Positions 52,853 through 62,409 of a stretch of 64,000 bases of DNA are shown in pieces. A program made the translations under genes and the position numbers. This DNA is from an uncultured archaeon (GTDB lineage: Archaea > Thermoproteota > Bathyarchaeia > Bathyarchaeales > Bathycorpusculaceae). How positions within the stretch are numbered: the stretch's first letter is position 1; every line of letters starts with the position of its first letter. The notes beneath the pieces are model-generated. The model did no database searches. It was given only the letters and a program-made list of their open reading frames with translations, and was not told the DNA's origin. The stretch spans positions 32,001-96,000 of the forward strand of contig CAWALK010000012.1 in NCBI GenBank assembly GCA_963782915.1. The letters are read 5' to 3'.

Positions 52853-53479
52853 ATGGCGGCATCGTTGAAAAAATTTATGCAGCAGCTTTCAGGGAAAAAA
52901 GGTCCTGGACCCTCGATGTCTTTCACGATTTTCCATGTATTCTATGCTTTGCAGCTTATGGCACAGAAGCCGATTGGAAGGAACAAGTTGGCTGAGCAAC
53001 TTAATGTTGGCGACGGCGCAATACGAACAATAATTAGCAGGTTGCGGGAGGCTGGTTTGATTGAAACCTCTAAAGCAGGCTGCAATTTAACGGAAAAAGG
53101 CAGGGATGTTTGGTGCCAGTTTGAAATGATTTTTCCCAAAGAAACCGAATTACCCAAATCCGAATTAAACCCCTGCGAATTCAACCATGCATTCTTAGTA
53201 AAGAACTGCGCCCAAAAAGTCCAGTCAGGCATCGACCAAAGAGACGCAGCAATAATTGCGGGAGCACGCACCGCTTTAGTCATTGTTTATCGCAATGGCC
53301 ACTTATGCATCGAATCCATCAGCGACGACATAGAAAAACAGTATCCAAAAGCCGCAAAACAACTTTTGGAGCAGCTTGAGCCCAAAGAAAACGATGCCAT
53401 CGTTGTGGCCGGGGCTGAATCGGCTTTGAAGGCCAAGCGTGGCGCTTTTGCCGCCAGCTGGTCACTCATCAGCGCCTAA
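52853..53479 (+). CDS. Archaeal winged-helix protein (DUF4443-like)
   Basis: IGRNKLAEQL.VGDGAIRTII, GC.LTEKG, RDAAI.AGA. Confidence 0.7.
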   Translation: MAASLKKFMQQLSGKKGPGPSMSFTIFHVFYALQLMAQKPIGRNKLAEQLNVGDGAIRTIISRLREAGLIETSKAGCNLTEKGRDVWCQFEMIFPKETELPKSELNPCEFNHAFLVKNCAQKVQSGIDQRDAAIIAGARTALVIVYRNGHLCIESISDDIEKQYPKAAKQLLEQLEPKENDAIVVAGAESALKAKRGAFAASWSLISA

Positions 53480-53483
53480 AAGT

Positions 53484-54245
53484 TTAGGTTGTGTATTTTT
53501 CGCCTTGGTTGAGGATGCGCTCTAAGACGGTGTTGATGTTTACCATGCCCTCGTTGGTTTTTGACGAAACGGGCATTAAGAGGAATTTCATGCCGAGTTT
53601 GTCGATGGCTTGCATCATGTTGCGGCTAAACAGGCGTTTGGTGCCTTCGAGTTTGGTTTCGATAGCGTCTTCGAGTTCACGTGGATTAGCTGACCATGAC
53701 GCGATTGATTGTACGTCTTTTTTTGGGAGCAAATCAGTTTTTGAAAGCACGTGCAGTTGTGGTTGGAAGAAGCGGTTGTAAACTGCTGCTGAGAGGAACA
53801 TGTTGGAGACGTAGTTAAGTGGGTTAATTGAGAAGACTGAGTCGAAGAGGTAGAGGATGGCTTTGGGTTCTTTTGTTAATTCGTTAACGATGTATGGGCC
53901 GGAAGCGCGGAAAGCAAACAGCTCCATTTGTCCAGGGGTGTCAACTATGGTGAAGTCTGCGTGGGCTTCTTCGATGTCGCGGGTTAAGTTTTCTATTTCG
54001 TCAGCGATTAAATCGGCTGCCATAATTAAGGCGCCGTTGGGGCCTAACCCGTATTTTTCCATGATGTCGCCAACGTCTACGTAGTTGCGTACGTCAACGT
54101 CTGGTTGATAAGGCAATTTGAGTGCTCCCGGGTCGAGGTTGACGACTGCAACGTCTTGTTTGCTCATTTTTAGCCATTCAGCAAACGCGGCTGTGAAAAG
54201 TGACTTGCCGCTGCCGGCGGTTCCGATAACAAATGTCATTGGCAT
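53484..54245 (-). CDS. GPN-loop GTPase
   Basis: GTAGSGKS, NLDPG, GLGPNG, DTPGQME, SKTD. Confidence 0.93.
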   Translation of the reverse strand: MPMTFVIGTAGSGKSLFTAAFAEWLKMSKQDVAVVNLDPGALKLPYQPDVDVRNYVDVGDIMEKYGLGPNGALIMAADLIADEIENLTRDIEEAHADFTIVDTPGQMELFAFRASGPYIVNELTKEPKAILYLFDSVFSINPLNYVSNMFLSAAVYNRFFQPQLHVLSKTDLLPKKDVQSIASWSANPRELEDAIETKLEGTKRLFSRNMMQAIDKLGMKFLLMPVSSKTNEGMVNINTVLERILNQGEKYTT

Positions 54246-54364
54246 GAATAATATCTCCGTTTAGCTTGAGCACCGATAATGGTAATGAACCTTTCTACCC
54301 AACAAAAAGGCTCGCTTGCGATTTCAGCTCTATCCCCTTTAGGGCTCAACAAGTGTTGCAGTCT

Positions 54365-54595
54365 CTAACTCTCGAATTTTCTAAAATGTGTATACCCCTC
54401 TTCCTTCAGTGAAGCCAAAAGACCTTCACGTTCAGAATCAGGAAGCATCGGACAGATCCCAAACTGGACATCACCTTTTTCATATTGCTCGTCAGTTGTC
54501 TCATCAGACACACAGAGTTTATTTCCGTCAACCAAAAGAATGCATTTCTCATCCTTGTTAAAGTCACAGCATATTTTTCTTCCGAGCTTGCCCAA
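54365..54595 (-). CDS. Small hypothetical protein
   Basis: 76 aa ORF downstream of the radical SAM gene, several Cys. Confidence 0.4.
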   Translation of the reverse strand: MGKLGRKICCDFNKDEKCILLVDGNKLCVSDETTDEQYEKGDVQFGICPMLPDSEREGLLASLKEEGYTHFRKFES

Positions 54596-54657
54596 AGTTA
54601 CAGACCTTCAGAGAATGTATAGTTAACAAATAGAAAATACCCCAAAGAGGGGTTGGT

Positions 54658-55770
54658 TTATTGTTTTTTGAGTTGTGCGAATGCTTCTTTCTGCATTGCC
54701 TCAAAAGCCTTAGGGTCTTCACGGAGGACCTTGGGGATATAGGCGCATGCTGGATCTGAAGCGAATAAGTCGCCAGTGTAGTATTCAGCGCGTGTTCTGC
54801 ATCCACCGCAGATTTCTCGGTACTCGCATACTCCGCATCTGCCTTTGAGGTTGCTTTTGTCGCGTAGTTTAAGATGGAACTCGCTTTTCTGCAGGTCTGC
54901 CCATGCTTGGCGTAGTTTCGTTTCTTTGACGTTGCCAATGCGGTAGCCTTCGTGGAAGCCGCAGCTGCGGTAGTCGCCGTTTTCGGTGATGCCGATATAG
55001 TTGCCGCCGATGGTGCATCTGCCCAAGTAGCCTTCGTTGAACCAGTCCCAGAAGTCCACGGTGTTCTTCTGTTTCACTATGCGTGCATAGAAGGGCGCGT
55101 AAACATTGACTTTGACTTTGCCGTATAGTCTGCGTTGGATTTCGTAGATTTCGTTGAATGCAACCTCATACTGTTCGGGGGTTGGTGCGATTTCTTCCAT
55201 GTGTTCGCCTGCTCTGCCGACTGGTACAAGGTTATGGTAGACGACTGAGCGTGCATGGTACTGTTCTGCAAGGGCTGCAGTATGTGGCATTTGATGAATG
55301 TTAAACTTAGTCATGGTTGTAACTAAGCAGTCGAGTAATCCGACGCTGCTAAGCTTCTGCATAGCGTAGAGGGCTTTGTCGTAGCCGCCTTTTCGGCGTA
55401 TTTTATCGTTTGTGTCTGGTTCTCCATCGATGCTGATGGCTGTTTTAACATTATACTTTGTTAGTTTGTTGAAGCGTTCTTCATCCCAAGCGTAGCCGCT
55501 TGTGATTAAACTGACGTTTAAGCCGTGCTCTTTTTCTGCGTATTCGATGATTTCCCAGATGTCTGGGCGAATCAATGGCTCTCCGCCGCTGATTCCGAAC
55601 CATTGTGAGCCGAACTCTGCTATTTCATCAACCATATGCTTAGCTTGTTCGGTGCTTAATTCTTGGTCTTTAGCGTAATCTTTTGTGTAACTGCAATAGG
55701 TGCAAGTGCCAACACAGTTGCGGGTACATCGCCAAACAACCATAAACAAGGGGGTTGTCGTCGGATTCAT
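54658..55770 (-). CDS. Radical SAM/SPASM domain protein (NirJ/AhbCD/PqqE-like)
   Basis: CVGTCTYC, SGGEP, SIDG; SPASM CTIG...SC...CGVC...CGGCR.RA...DPAC. Confidence 0.88.
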   Translation of the reverse strand: MNPTTTPLFMVVWRCTRNCVGTCTYCSYTKDYAKDQELSTEQAKHMVDEIAEFGSQWFGISGGEPLIRPDIWEIIEYAEKEHGLNVSLITSGYAWDEERFNKLTKYNVKTAISIDGEPDTNDKIRRKGGYDKALYAMQKLSSVGLLDCLVTTMTKFNIHQMPHTAALAEQYHARSVVYHNLVPVGRAGEHMEEIAPTPEQYEVAFNEIYEIQRRLYGKVKVNVYAPFYARIVKQKNTVDFWDWFNEGYLGRCTIGGNYIGITENGDYRSCGFHEGYRIGNVKETKLRQAWADLQKSEFHLKLRDKSNLKGRCGVCEYREICGGCRTRAEYYTGDLFASDPACAYIPKVLREDPKAFEAMQKEAFAQLKKQ

Positions 55771-55885
55771 TTAATTCACAGTTGACAATAGATTTGCCCA
55801 CTCGATATAAAATTTACTCTACTAAACCGTTTTTCTGCTTCTTTATACAAAGAGCTGTAGCCAACCAAGCAAACCCATTTAGAAT

Positions 55886-56341
55886 CTACTCAGCCGCTAC
55901 ATTGGGGGCTTTACGTCTGCTCTGCAGAAAACCCTCCACAGCAAAAACAGCCATCGCCAACCCCGTAATCAACGTCAAGAGCAAAAAGAAAACTTTGAAC
56001 TCATCCGTCTCAACCCCAAAATGAATAAACAAAATCACCAACTCAACCGCCAAAATCCCTAAGAAAATCAGCGCGTAAATCCACATTTTGGGAAACACAT
56101 TGCGACCAAGCCAAATACTGCCCTTTAAGGGTGCTTTCTTTTTGACGGTGTATTCGCCGTACTCGTTTTTAGCTAAGTAACCCGCGTCTTCGAGCTTCTG
56201 CAGGTGCCTGTATGCTACGCTTGGGCTGCTCAAGTTGGCGCCTTTCATTACATCTCGGGGTCCAACTGGTTTGCCCTTTTTTGCAGCGTAGAGGTACACG
56301 TTTAGGGTTATTCCTTCAAGTTCTTGGTCTGCGGTGGTCAT
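55886..56341 (-). CDS. Membrane-tethered winged-helix protein
   Basis: GPRDV....LSSPSVAYRHLQKL...G, then 2 TM segments. Confidence 0.72.
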   Translation of the reverse strand: MTTADQELEGITLNVYLYAAKKGKPVGPRDVMKGANLSSPSVAYRHLQKLEDAGYLAKNEYGEYTVKKKAPLKGSIWLGRNVFPKMWIYALIFLGILAVELVILFIHFGVETDEFKVFFLLLTLITGLAMAVFAVEGFLQSRRKAPNVAAE

Positions 56342-56574
56342 GTTTGGTTCTCGCGGCTTTAGGATTGTTTAGTGTTTTAGCTGTATTAGCTTTGCCCAAA
56401 ATAGTATTGGAATTGGACCGATTTTTGTTTATCAACCAAACGCGGCAGGCAACTTTTTGTGTAATTTACCCTTTCTTTTTTATTTTCTTTTTCTGTGCCC
56501 TCGAGTTTTTACTCTAAAAATCTGTGTTTAGGCATCCAAAACAGCCCAAAACAGCTAAAACCGCATGTTCCCGA

Positions 56575-56589
56575 AAAAGTTTAATAAGT
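56575..56589 (+). promoter_or_regulatory. Putative BRE/TATA promoter of rnfD-rnfC
   Basis: AAAAAGTTTAATAAG about 45-58 nt upstream of ATG 56633. Confidence 0.45.
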
Positions 56590-56632
56590 CAGCGCTACGA
56601 AATAGCTGATCATTTGAGAAGGTAATAATAAC

Positions 56633-57743
56633 ATGAGTAACGAAACCTCAAATGAACTAGTTGTAAATCCAGCACCACACGTACATGGCACAATGACTAA
56701 GAATCGCATGATGCAATACACATTCTTTGCAATTCTAGCTACAATCGTTGTTTCCGCAGCACTTTGGTCTCAAGTCACAACCCCCTCAGGATGGAACTTA
56801 GGCTTAACAGTTGCTATCTGTGCACTCATATCAACCGGCATCGCCGTCGTATTAGACTTCCTCATCGGCAGAGTAGCCTCTGACAGCGAAGTCAACACTT
56901 GGTCCGCAGCAGTCTTCGGCTTAATCGTCACAGCCTGTTATACCCTCGGTATTCCCTCAATGGCATCAAGAAGTTGGAACCCCCGCTGAAGCACCCCTTG
57001 CATTCTTCTACGTCGCACTAATCTCCGTTATCGGTATGGTCGTTTTCAAGAAAGTTATGAGCTTAGCAGGCAGAAAACTCGTAAACCCCGCAGCAGCAGC
57101 CAAATTTCTCGTTCTACTACCAACCATCGGTACAACCCTCATTGCAGTTGACCACCTGAACACTGGACTGCTGGGCGTTCCCGCACTAGCGCGTGGAATC
57201 GGCTCATCAACCATCGTTGGTGGCAACGGTTTAGCAGCATTCGGTTCCTACCTACAAGGATGCTACGGCTTACCCACAGCATCAAGCTCAGCCAGTATCG
57301 AATCAATCATGCTTCTCACGAAATTCCACGGATGGACCGCCGGCGCATGCAGCATCGCAGTTATCATCGCAGGCATTGCATTATTCGCATTAGGACGCAA
57401 ATACTTCAAATGGAAAATCACCGCAAGCTACCTCATCGCAATGGCAGTCTTATCATTGATATTCTCAGTTGCATTCGGCGACGCAGACTTAACCACAAGA
57501 TTACTCTTCGAACTCTTCGTCGGCAGCTCAATATTCATGGCGTTCTTCATGGCAACTGATCCAGCGACAACACCATTCAGCGGAATCGGACAAATCATCT
57601 TCGGCGTCGGACTCGCAGTTTTGACCATCGTGATACAAACCTTTATGGGTTTCTTCGGCGGCTCTTTGCTAGCATTGTTGATCATGAACCTAACAGTTCC
57701 ACTTATTGACAAAATACGTATCAACAAACCCTTTGGGAGATGA
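56633..57743 (+). CDS. rnfD: RnfD/NqrB-family membrane subunit, split by one extra base near 56968
   Basis: PAPHV, SAAVFGL, KLVNPAA, GWTAG, FFMATDPATTP, LLIMN..VPLID; span is 370 codons + 1 nt. Confidence 0.82.
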
Positions 57744-59038
57744 ATATAATGGCAAACTTTGTACATATACCAGAACAAAAAGAAGTCGCAAGAAAAACAC
57801 CCATTGAAGTCTTCCCAGACCCCAAAATCGCAGTCGTCTTAACCAACCAGCAATCGGGAGCAACAAACCTCCCACTGGTTAAAGTCGGCGACACCGTAGC
57901 CATCGGTCAAAAAATTGCAGACTCCAAAGAACGCGTATCAGCACCAGTCCACAGCCCAATATCCGGAAAAGTCATCAAAATCGAAAACGCCTACAACAGC
58001 TGCTTTGAAGCACCAACCGAAGCCATCTACATCGAAAACGACGGCAAAAAAACCAAAGACACAAGCATCAAACCCATCACAGAAGCACAATTAGCCACAA
58101 CCAAAAACGAAGACTTACTGAAAATCATCCGTGAAGCAGGCATCATCGGCATGGGCGGCGCAGGCTTCCCAACCAGCATCAAACTCGCAGTACCCGCAGA
58201 CAAAAAAATCAAGTACCTACTCGTAAACGGCGCAGAAGGAGAACCATACGACACAGCAGACGAACGCATAATGGTCGAAAAAACCGCAAACTTAGTCCGC
58301 GGTGTCCGCGTTGTACGCAAATTGCTCGGTAACCCAAAAGTCATCGTTGTAACAAAAGAAAGCAAAGTTGAAGCAGTACCAAAACTCAAAGAAGCATTCG
58401 CAAAAGAACCAGACACAGAAGTCCGCGCATTACACTTAACCTACCAGCAAGGCGACGCAGCCATGATGCAAAAAGCAGTCTTAGGCTACGAAACCCCCGC
58501 AGGTAAACGCAGCTACGAAATGGGCACCATCGTACAAAACGTCGCAACCATCAACGCCATCGCAAACGCAGTCTTCGAAGGTGAACCACTCATAACCAGA
58601 GTAACCACCCTCAACGGCGACCTCGCAAAACCAAAGAACCTACTAGTGAAAATCGGCACCCCAATCAGCGAAATCCTCAACGCAAACAGCATTAACGTCT
58701 CAGACATCGGCTCAGTCGTAGTCGGCGGAGTCATGATGGGCACAGCACTACAAACCCCAGATGCACCAATCACAAAACGAACCTCAAGCATAATCTACTT
58801 CGCAAAAAGCAAAGCAAAGAAAGGCCAAAAACCAACTGCATGCATACACTGCGGAAGATGCGTCGACGCATGTCCAGCACGTCTCCAACCAGTAGCAATC
58901 TACAATGCTGTCATAAAAGGCGACTTTGAGAAAGCTGAGAAACTTTGGGCAAAAGACTGCATTATGTGCGGAACATGCTCATACGTCTGTCCAGCCAGAG
59001 TACCGCTCGCATCTAACATAAAGATGGCACGCCAATAA
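57740..59038 (+). CDS. rnfC: RnfC-family electron transport subunit
   Basis: VKVGD.V..GQ, PVHSPISG, GIIGMGGAGFPT, NGAEGEP, GGVMMG, CIHCGRCVDACP, CIMCGTCSYVCP. Confidence 0.9.
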   Translation: MNIMANFVHIPEQKEVARKTPIEVFPDPKIAVVLTNQQSGATNLPLVKVGDTVAIGQKIADSKERVSAPVHSPISGKVIKIENAYNSCFEAPTEAIYIENDGKKTKDTSIKPITEAQLATTKNEDLLKIIREAGIIGMGGAGFPTSIKLAVPADKKIKYLLVNGAEGEPYDTADERIMVEKTANLVRGVRVVRKLLGNPKVIVVTKESKVEAVPKLKEAFAKEPDTEVRALHLTYQQGDAAMMQKAVLGYETPAGKRSYEMGTIVQNVATINAIANAVFEGEPLITRVTTLNGDLAKPKNLLVKIGTPISEILNANSINVSDIGSVVVGGVMMGTALQTPDAPITKRTSSIIYFAKSKAKKGQKPTACIHCGRCVDACPARLQPVAIYNAVIKGDFEKAEKLWAKDCIMCGTCSYVCPARVPLASNIKMARQ

Positions 59039-59075
59039 GGCAAAAATTCCCTTCCTTTTATCTTTTCTTTGTTAT
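59038..59075 (+). terminator. Putative oligo-T terminator after rnfC
   Basis: CCCTTCCTTTTATCTTTTCTTTGTT shortly after the stop codon. Confidence 0.4.
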
Positions 59076-59228
59076 TAAACCCCAATTTGATCTCCTCACA
59101 ATTGATATTTTCGAATAATTTTGCTCTTCTATTTGTTCGATTTTATAAATAAAGAACGGTCTGTCAAGCTTTCAAGCATTAAGCTTATAAATATGCCACC
59201 ATGTAAAGTAAAAGACAAGGGATAAAAA

Positions 59229-59882
59229 TTGGCAGAAAATAAATTTAAATTATCTGACATATTCGGCGGCATTATCATACCGATTATTCTTGTGCTACTC
59301 ATCTATGTCTTTGCGGTCTATCTTAACGTTGGCGGAGAGTTCCATCTTCTTGGCGATCAGAACATCGTTGCTATTATTCTTGTCTCAGGCTTTGCTCAAA
59401 TGATTATTCTTGGTATCCCATTGGTTTTAGGCTTGCTTTGGAATAAATGGGCCGGCGGAGCAGCAGGCTTCGTTATGGGTGGTCTCTATTACGTGGCAAG
59501 TGCAGGTCAGTATACAGCAAGTTATGCAACATATTCTCAGGGGCTTGTCAATTACAACTTCTTTGGCGACATTAGCATGCTTTTCTATCTGGTTAACGCG
59601 GTCATCATCGGCTACATGGCAGGCGCAATTAACAACGGATCCATGAACTTTAAACGAATGCTCCTGGCAGGTTTAACTGCTGCTATGGTTACAGCTGTTA
59701 TCCAAGCGTACATGAACTATTACGTCTCGCTTCCAGTAGCTAGAGGTATGGCTCAGGCGGCTTGGTTAGATGTGCCAAACGCGATATTGGTGAACTTTGT
59801 ACCAAGTATTGCTTTAGGTGTAATCGTTCCGATTCTTGCTAAAGTAATGACCTGGTATGGAATTTATCCGCAGAAACACTAA
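59229..59882 (+). CDS. 6-TM membrane protein, copy 1 (ECF S-component-like)
   Basis: 217 aa hydrophobic; LGLLWNKWAGGAAGF Gly pattern; no Cys. Confidence 0.7.
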   Translation: MAENKFKLSDIFGGIIIPIILVLLIYVFAVYLNVGGEFHLLGDQNIVAIILVSGFAQMIILGIPLVLGLLWNKWAGGAAGFVMGGLYYVASAGQYTASYATYSQGLVNYNFFGDISMLFYLVNAVIIGYMAGAINNGSMNFKRMLLAGLTAAMVTAVIQAYMNYYVSLPVARGMAQAAWLDVPNAILVNFVPSIALGVIVPILAKVMTWYGIYPQKH

Positions 59883-60268
59883 AACCTCTCTTCCCCCCAT
59901 TCTTTTCTTATTTAATCAATTTTTTTTGTCTTCGCCATAGTAAGTTCTCTTATTTCAAATTATTTTCTGATACTGAATTTTAGACAGGAAATTTTTAATT
60001 TTCACAATCTTAATAATATCTAAATTCAGTTAGTGCTCTACCCTTGCCTCAGTAGGCTAGGCCATAATGGTGGAAAAAATTCAATAGACACTTGCATAGC
60101 GCAGATTGTGGCTATGGTAGACATTGATTTAACAGGCTACCCAGAACTAATGGCTCCTCTTGAGCGTTTGTTTCGTCTGATTTAGTGCCAAAATTCTTAG
60201 ATACCTGGCTTTCAAGCATTAAAGCTTATAAACTTGCCCCCATGTAAAATAGAAGCAAGGGATAAAAA

Positions 60269-60922
60269 TTGGCAGAAAATAAAATAAAGATATCTGATAT
60301 ATTCGGCGGCATTATCATACCGATTATTCTTGTGCTACTCATCTATGTCTTTGCGGTCTATCTTAACGTTGGCGGAGAGTTCCATCTTCTTGGCGATCAG
60401 AACATCGTTGCTATTATTCTTGTCTCAGGCTTTGCTCAAATGATTATTCTTGGTATCCCATTGGTTTTAGGCTTGCTTTGGAATAAATGGGCCGGCGGAG
60501 CAGCAGGCTTCGTTATGGGTGGTCTCTATTACGTGGCAAGTGCAGGTCAGTATACAGCAAGTTATGCAACATATTCTCAGGGGCTTGTCAATTACAACTT
60601 CTTTGGCGACATTAGCATGCTTTTCTATCTGGTTAACGCGGTCATCATCGGCTACATGGCAGGCGCACTCAACAATGGCTCAATGAATTTCAAACGTATG
60701 CTAGGCGCAGGTTTAACTGCTGCTATGGTTACAGCTGTTATCCAAGCGTACATGAACTATTACGTCTCGCTTCCAGTAGCTAGAGGTATGGCTCAGGCGG
60801 CTTGGTTAGATGTGCCAAACGCGATATTGGTGAACTTTGTACCAAGTATTGCTTTAGGTGTAATCGTTCCGATTCTTGCTAAAGTAATGACCTGGTATGG
60901 AATTTATCCGCAGAAACACTAA
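60269..60922 (+). CDS. 6-TM membrane protein, copy 2 (4 aa differences from copy 1)
   Basis: Near-identical tandem duplicate including about 60 bp of upstream promoter. Confidence 0.7.
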   Translation: MAENKIKISDIFGGIIIPIILVLLIYVFAVYLNVGGEFHLLGDQNIVAIILVSGFAQMIILGIPLVLGLLWNKWAGGAAGFVMGGLYYVASAGQYTASYATYSQGLVNYNFFGDISMLFYLVNAVIIGYMAGALNNGSMNFKRMLGAGLTAAMVTAVIQAYMNYYVSLPVARGMAQAAWLDVPNAILVNFVPSIALGVIVPILAKVMTWYGIYPQKH

Positions 60923-61002
60923 AACCTCTCTTCCTCTTTCTTTTTTGTTAAACAAAAAATAAGTCGCTTTTATAAAATAAAATAGACATTTTAGAAAAAA
61001 AA

Positions 61003-62310
61003 TTATGCTTTAGCTTGGCTAGGTGCAAATTCCCAAGCTATGTTGCCTTTCCAAAGTTCGCCCTTCTTAGTTAAACGAACTTCCTTGTCGTCAGTTTCAA
61101 GTAAGCCCTCAGCTTTTAGTTTTTCAATTTGCTTCGGGAACACTTTTTCGGGTGTGGTGTTGAATTTCTCCATGAATTCTTTCTTGCTAACTGGCAACCT
61201 GAGATATAAGCGGCTCATTGTACGTCGCATCATGTCATCAGTTGTGGATTCAGATAATCTGGATATGGGCAGTTTACCTGACTTGACGGTTTCCATGTAG
61301 ACGTTGATATCTTCAAGGTTTGAGTAGCTGAACTTCTGGAGGTAACCCATGAAGCAGCCTGCACCGGTGGTTAGGATGCCTCCCCATGGCCAGCCGTTGA
61401 GGCAGTTCTCACGCATGTGCCATTCTACTCGACTGTAGCGGTCGTGACCGACTGCACTGTAGCCTGCTTTAGTGAGCATTTCATGTGCTTTCATGAACAT
61501 TTGTTTTTCGAATTCAGTGTTGCCCTGTGGAGGTGATTGACCGTTCTTAATCATCTTTTCAAGGATGGTTCCGGGGTCAATGTGAAGTGAATAGCAGTCG
61601 ACTTCTGCGTCTAACTCGATAGTTTTCTTTAATGTTGCTTCCCAGCTTTCCATTGTTTGGCCTGGTAAGTTGTACATGATGTCGGCACAGACAACTAAGC
61701 CAAGACTACGGGCGTATTTGATGGCTGCCTCTACGTCTGCTGCGCTGTCTGGTAAACAGAGTGCTTTACGTAGGTTGTCATCAAAAGTTTGTGCGCCCAT
61801 GTCCATTTGGTAGACACCATATTCGGCTAGTTTCTTAATTTTAGGCAGCGCAAGTGTTTTTGATGAACCTGTGACTTTAATGAAGTATTCTTTGCTAGTG
61901 TTAAAGTTCGCTTTGCAGAAATCGATTAAATCAATTATTTGTTCTGCGCTAAGAACACTTGGGGTTCCTCCGCCTAGAACGATTTCGTCGAAGTAACTGG
62001 TCTTCACGTATTTTGTTTTCGCATACATCGCTAACTCTTTTTTGAGTAATGCGAGGTATGGTTCAATTTGGACTTTGCTAGATGCAGTGGTTGGGAAATA
62101 GCAAAACGCACATTTTGAGTCACACACGGAAACCCATGGCTGCAACTCCATCAATCGGCCCGAAGTGTTTTCGGTGTTTAGGAATTGCATGAATGATTCA
62201 TAAGTTTCAGCTTTTATGTCTGGGTAATCTCGGTAAGTGTACGGCGGCCAGTTTTCCCGTGTTTCATAAACTTCTGACTTGCCTTTTGCAGTTGCAGAGG
62301 TTTTTGTCAT
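61003..62310 (-). CDS. HemN-like (class C) radical SAM protein
   Basis: PW..VCDSKCAFC, GGGTPS, MGAQTF, DIMYNLPGQT, HemN C-terminal domain (RLTKKG). Confidence 0.88.
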   Translation of the reverse strand: MTKTSATAKGKSEVYETRENWPPYTYRDYPDIKAETYESFMQFLNTENTSGRLMELQPWVSVCDSKCAFCYFPTTASSKVQIEPYLALLKKELAMYAKTKYVKTSYFDEIVLGGGTPSVLSAEQIIDLIDFCKANFNTSKEYFIKVTGSSKTLALPKIKKLAEYGVYQMDMGAQTFDDNLRKALCLPDSAADVEAAIKYARSLGLVVCADIMYNLPGQTMESWEATLKKTIELDAEVDCYSLHIDPGTILEKMIKNGQSPPQGNTEFEKQMFMKAHEMLTKAGYSAVGHDRYSRVEWHMRENCLNGWPWGGILTTGAGCFMGYLQKFSYSNLEDINVYMETVKSGKLPISRLSESTTDDMMRRTMSRLYLRLPVSKKEFMEKFNTTPEKVFPKQIEKLKAEGLLETDDKEVRLTKKGELWKGNIAWEFAPSQAKA

Positions 62311-62409
62311 TGAAATATATCCCCTTGATTGTACGTTAAAACCGTCTGGTAACGTAATAAAGTTTCCGCAAAAACGTTTAACACAAGAAAGGGGCGAAAA
62401 ATTTGCTGT

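Larger units (their letters stand above)
59168..60935 (+). repeat. Tandem duplication, units about 59168-59895 and 60208-60935
   Basis: Both units begin GCTTTCAAGCATTAA(A)GCTTATAAA and end CAGAAACACTAAAA(A)CCTCTCTTCC. Confidence 0.9.

Noticed and set aside
59229-60922. Duplicated 6-TM proteins as RnfA/RnfE
   Set aside because: Similar size, but they contain no Cys and none of the RnfA/E motifs needed for the membrane Fe-S site.
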